From assembly GCA_963737905.1 (NCBI GenBank), contig CAVTUQ010000007.1, positions 256,001-320,000 on the forward strand: DNA of 64,000 nt. Direction: 5' to 3'. This document shows positions 59,839 through 64,000 of the stretch, in pieces. The position numbers and the translations under genes were made by a program. The notes under the pieces are model-generated. The model was not told the DNA's origin and searched no databases. It saw nothing but the letters and a program-made list of their open reading frames with translations. Every line of letters begins with the position of its first letter. The stretch's first letter is position 1. The DNA is from an uncultured delta proteobacterium (GTDB taxonomy: Bacteria > Desulfobacterota > Binatia > UBA9968).

Positions 59839-60820
59839 GTGAAGGTCATCGGAAGTTTGCTGATCCTATGTCGTAATCTTTATTGAGCATCCGGTTATTG
59901 CTTTCCCGGCACAGGTCGAGACGCTCCATCTCAGTTATTCCGCATTGGTCCCCTCCGGCGCGCCGTTTTGGATCGCCCAAGAACTCAAGATATTTGATCG
60001 GGAAGGTCTTAAGACAGAGCTGCTTTATATCAACGCAGCACCTCGGGTCATGGCGGCAATGCTGGCCGGTGAAATTCAAGTCGCTCTTTCCGGCGTCAGT
60101 CCTCTCGTAACCACCTATGCGCAGGGTAACGATCCTGTGGCGATCGCAGGCGCGGTCAATCAGATCAATGTTGCGATCTTCGGCCGTCCAGAGATCCGTG
60201 GCCCCGAGGATCTACGAGGAAAACGTATCGGCATCACCCGCTTCGGCGGGCTAACCGATTTTTCGGCTCAATTTGCGCTTAAGAAATGGGGTTTGCAGCC
60301 AGGGAAGGACGTCGCGATTATTCAAATTGGCGACGCCAGCGCGCTGATGGGCGCGATGGCCGGTAACGCAGTCCAGGCGGCGACGCTCCAGCCGCCATCG
60401 ACGATCCTGGCCGCTCAGCTGAGCTACCGGGAGCTGCTCGATCTTTCCAAGTCTGGGCTTGATTATCAGAACACCATAGTCTTGACAACGAGGTCTCTTG
60501 TGAAAAGATCGCCGGACACCTTTCGCAGATTTATGCGCGCTTATTCGGCCGCAATCGCGGTTTTTCACCGGCAGAGGGAAACGTCGCTCAAGGTCATCGG
60601 GCGGTATCTCAAAGGAATGGACCCGGTTATCCTCGAGAAAACCTACGAAGCGTACAAGGCTTGGGTACCGGAAATTCCATACGTCAATCAGGCGGGTATG
60701 GAAACTGCCGTTGGGCTGACACCGGGTCTGAGCAAAGAAGTTAAAGTATCGGAAATTGTCGATCCAAGTTTCGTGCGCGAACTGGAACAGCAGGGCTTTT
60801 ACAAGGCGCTCTACAAGTAA
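59839..60820 (+). CDS. ABC transporter substrate-binding protein (NMT1/SsuA-like; frameshift in the signal peptide)
   Basis: GGAGG SD then GTG 59839; 'DLRGKRIGITRFG', 'DVAIIQIG'. Confidence 0.82.
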
Positions 60821-60860
60821 TGCTTCTCTGCGATCTTGCGTCTTGGCGAGATAGAGTGGT

Positions 60861-60885
60861 GGGGCGACTGGCCAGTCGCCCCTAC
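60861..60885. repeat. GTAG-type REP palindrome
   Basis: GGGGCGACTGGCCAGTCGCCCC-TAC. Confidence 0.7.
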
Positions 60886-60963
60886 GGTATAGGCGACAAG
60901 CATGTCCTGAGCTAAGCCGAAGGGAACGCCAAGGGAAATAAAAAGTAGCGCGGGAGAAACAAT

Positions 60964-62052
60964 ATGCTCTTGATTATGGATCCCGAAGTCCGTCAGGTTC
61001 TCAAAATGAGCGATTGTATCGCTGCGATGGAGCGGGCCTTCGCAGAAGAAGCGCGGGGAATTGCGGTTAACAAACCGCGGACGCGCTACAAAGTGCCACC
61101 GGATCTGGACAAACCGGGATATATGGCCAATATCATTCCCGGCGCAGTGCCTAGTTCCGGCGTCGCCGCTCTACGCTACGATTCGACCATCGTGCAAGAG
61201 CGGGTGGTAGCCGGGACAAAGAGGATGGATTTTCCCTCGCCGCTGAAACGCAGCTGGGGGTTCGTTCTACTTTTCAGCCTGGAGACCGGCGAACCTCTTG
61301 CGCTCATCCATGACTTTAGCCTTTCCGCAATACGGGTCGGTGCGACCACGGGCGTCGCGAACCGGGCGCTGGCGAAAAAAAACTCCAAAGTCGTGGGGAT
61401 TTTCGGCTCCGGTAACGAGGCTCGCACCAACTTGGAAGCTATCTGTGGGGTCCGTTCCATAGAGCAGGTAAAAGTTTATAGCGTGACGAAAGAACATCGA
61501 GATCGATTTGCCGAAGAGATGACGGAGCTCTTGAACGTCGAGGTTCAACCCGTGAGTAACCCTGAAGCGGTGGTGCGCGGCTCGGACATCGTCATGTGCG
61601 CCACTAATGCAAGCCAGCCTGTGTTCGACGGCAACTGGTTGGAGCCCGGGCAACTCGTGACGACCATTGCCAACACGGACGGCGTGCACCGCCGCACCGA
61701 AGCGGATGCAACCACAATGATTCGCAGTGACTTCATCGTGCTCAATAACAAAGAGACGGCGATCACCAATCAGCAGCGCGAGCTGCTCGATCTCGTCGAA
61801 GGCGGCAAATTCGGCTGGAACAAAGTCTGTGAGTTAGGCCAGGTCCTGAGTGGAAATCATGCCGGACGGACAAACGATCAACAAATCATTTATTACAAGA
61901 GCAACACCGGTGTCGGTATTCAGTTCGCCGCCGCAGGCGCTTTGATCTACGAAGAGTGCAAGAAACGGGGGCTGGGTCGAGAGTTGCCTAGCGAGTGGTT
62001 CGGCGCGGACTTGAGCGAATGGATGGATAAAGGCTTCATGCCTTCGCCTTAG
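60964..62052 (+). CDS. Ornithine cyclodeaminase/mu-crystallin family protein
   Basis: 'IRVGATTG', 'FGSGNEA', 'ATNAS.PVFDGNWLEPG', 'GIQFAA'. Confidence 0.88.
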   Translation: MLLIMDPEVRQVLKMSDCIAAMERAFAEEARGIAVNKPRTRYKVPPDLDKPGYMANIIPGAVPSSGVAALRYDSTIVQERVVAGTKRMDFPSPLKRSWGFVLLFSLETGEPLALIHDFSLSAIRVGATTGVANRALAKKNSKVVGIFGSGNEARTNLEAICGVRSIEQVKVYSVTKEHRDRFAEEMTELLNVEVQPVSNPEAVVRGSDIVMCATNASQPVFDGNWLEPGQLVTTIANTDGVHRRTEADATTMIRSDFIVLNNKETAITNQQRELLDLVEGGKFGWNKVCELGQVLSGNHAGRTNDQQIIYYKSNTGVGIQFAAAGALIYEECKKRGLGRELPSEWFGADLSEWMDKGFMPSP

Positions 62053-62059
62053 TTCTGTT

Positions 62060-62132
62060 GGCTTATAGCATATGGCTTATGGCCTATGGTTCGTATGTTC
62101 CAACTATATGCCATAAGCTATCGGCCATAGGC
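62060..62132. repeat. Inverted heptamer arrays (GCTTATG / CCATAAG)
   Basis: ggcttatagcatatggcttatggcctatgg ... tatgccataagctatcggccatagg. Confidence 0.65.
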
Positions 62133-62206
62133 GAAGTTTTTTGAGCAGCTTGCCAGAGTTTTTGCTATTGCGGAACGGAATGCCAAAAGATTTCACGAGA
62201 TTTGCG

Positions 62207-63271
62207 ATGTTAATTCTTAGACCGGAAGAAGTGGAAGGTTTGCTCTCGATGGCCGAGGCCGTCGGCGCGGTAGAGCAAGCCTTCGCTGATTGGGGAAAAT
62301 ATCCAGAGATCAATCTCACTCGCCGCCGGCTCCATTTCGGCGATGCCCGTCTCAATACAATGCCGGCGGCATTACCGTCCCGAGAAAAGATTGGGCTCCG
62401 CATCCAAAGCGAGATTTTAGCTGTCAGCGGCGGTGTACAGATCTATCCGTCCCGCAGTCCACTGGTCGACGTGTTATTCGACACCCGCACGGCATTGCCC
62501 GTGGCGATGATCATAGCGTCGACGCAGCGGGGCATGACCAAGGATGGTATCCCGCTCCGCACTTCTGATCTTATGACCGCGTCGATCAGCGCGGTCGGCA
62601 CAAAGTGGCTGAGCCGTCTTGATGCGACTGAACTTGTCCTGCTGGGTTCGGGTAAACAGGCGAGGAATCACCTGATCGCGATGGCGGCGATTTGTCGCCT
62701 CAAACGGGTAAATGTCTACAGCCCGACACGGGCTCGGCGCGAGCAGTTTGCCGTAGAGATGACTATCGCGCTGGGCCTAGACGTTGTTCCTGTTAACGAG
62801 CCCAAAGGGGTCATCGAACGTGCCGACATCGTGCTCGCGGCGACAAATACCAACGTGCCGGTGTTCAATGGCGCATGGTTGCGCGATGGTACTCACGTAA
62901 CGTCCATTGTTGGAAGTAATGTCGGTATGGTCCAGGCGGGCGTCATCGCGCAAAAGCGCCGCGAGCTGGACGATGAGACATTAACGCGTGCCGCCATCAT
63001 CGGAATCGCCTCCCGCGCCTTGGCCGAGCAGGACCAGCAGGGGGATATTTATGAGCAGGTGCAGTCCGGTTTGATATCCTGGGACAAAGTCATAGATCTC
63101 AGCGAGATCGTCGCGGGGCATGCGAACGGACGGCGAAATGGTGCAGACATCACGGTGTTCAAAAACAACGGTGGCCAAGGAATCGCTGAACTGGCCATCG
63201 CCGATTTGATTCTTGCACGCGCGCGGGAAAAGAAACTCGGAATCGAAGTGACTTGGGGCGAAGGTTATTAG
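62207..63271 (+). CDS. Ornithine cyclodeaminase/mu-crystallin family protein
   Basis: 'LGSGKQA', 'YSPT', 'ATN..VPVFNGAWL..GTHV', 'ITVFKN'. Start placed at ATG 62207. Confidence 0.85.
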   Translation: MLILRPEEVEGLLSMAEAVGAVEQAFADWGKYPEINLTRRRLHFGDARLNTMPAALPSREKIGLRIQSEILAVSGGVQIYPSRSPLVDVLFDTRTALPVAMIIASTQRGMTKDGIPLRTSDLMTASISAVGTKWLSRLDATELVLLGSGKQARNHLIAMAAICRLKRVNVYSPTRARREQFAVEMTIALGLDVVPVNEPKGVIERADIVLAATNTNVPVFNGAWLRDGTHVTSIVGSNVGMVQAGVIAQKRRELDDETLTRAAIIGIASRALAEQDQQGDIYEQVQSGLISWDKVIDLSEIVAGHANGRRNGADITVFKNNGGQGIAELAIADLILARAREKKLGIEVTWGEGY

Positions 63272-63289
63272 AACTAAAGGAGGGTTGCA

Positions 63290-64000
63290 ATGAACGGCAA
63301 GAGACAAATCGTTCTATTGGCGTTGGTTTTTAGCTGCTGCATGGTTTCACCTTCGTCCGCGCAGCGGACAAAACTCAGCGCGGCCTATTCGGCTGAAAGC
63401 TCGTGGTCGCTTGGCGACCTGGGTTGCCTATGATGGCGGCTTCTTCAAAAAATATGGGCTCGACGTGGACTTGGTTTTGATCCGCAGTGCCGCGACCATC
63501 ACAGCCGCGTTGCTGGCGGGAGAGGCGCCGATGATTCAACTGGGTGGCAACGGGACGATTCAGGCCGCCGTGCAAGGGGCGGACACCGTGAACGTTTTAA
63601 CGCTCGTGCCGCTAATTCCTCAGAGCTTGGTGGTTACTCCGGATATCAAAACCGCGGAGGATCTCAAAGGGAAGCGATTTGGCGTGAGCCGATTCGGTGC
63701 GCTCAGTGATTTGGTGATCGACGGTATCTCAGAAAGTTTGGCCTCGACCCGGCGAAAGACGTTACGATCGTTCAGATCGGCGGTATTCCGGAACAATTGG
63801 CGGCCATGAAAGCGGGCGCTATTTCTGGAGGCTCTATGTCGCCACCAGTGCTGACGGCCGCCAAAAAAGCAGGCTTCAAAGAGCTGGCGGATTTTGAAAG
63901 CCTCAACTACAAGTATCCGGCCACGGTCATCGCAACCACAAAGAGCTTCATCCAGCGCCAGCGCCCTACGGCGCTCAACTTTCTGCGCGGCGAAATCGAA
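63290..64000 (+). CDS. ABC transporter substrate-binding protein (NMT1/SsuA-like), frameshifted, runs off the window
   Basis: AAGGAGG SD then ATG 63290; 'GFFKKYGLDV', 'DLKGKRFGVSRFG', then 'DVTIVQIGG' in another frame. Confidence 0.78.

Noticed and set aside
9708-64000. Frameshifts in about ten genes as pseudogenisation or programmed frameshifting
   Set aside because: They are single-base indels in otherwise intact, unrelated genes with no shared slippery motif; long-read consensus error is the simplest explanation.

Overview
A GC-rich bacterial chromosomal segment of roughly 55 genes. Gene content (many orphan solute-binding proteins, five amidohydrolase-2 paralogs, three xanthine-dehydrogenase-family Mo subunits, three ornithine-cyclodeaminase-family genes, 2-oxoacid:ferredoxin oxidoreductase, a Mo-bisPGD/NrfD complex) and the short intergenic repeats suggest a Binatia/Deltaproteobacteria-like soil organism; this is inference only. 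About ten genes carry single-base frameshifts that look like long-read assembly errors. No rRNA, tRNA, CRISPR array or intact transposase was seen. Two features missed by the ORF track stand out. (1) A 73-aa ORF at 53563-53784 has two in-frame UGA codons in a G-U-R-R-N-U-G motif, followed by a SECIS-like hairpin: a candidate two-selenocysteine protein. (2) Two paralogous CxxC...CxxC microprotein genes (20696-20917 and 45682-45870) are each preceded by a near-consensus sigma-54 promoter at identical spacing, implying near-leaderless transcripts.
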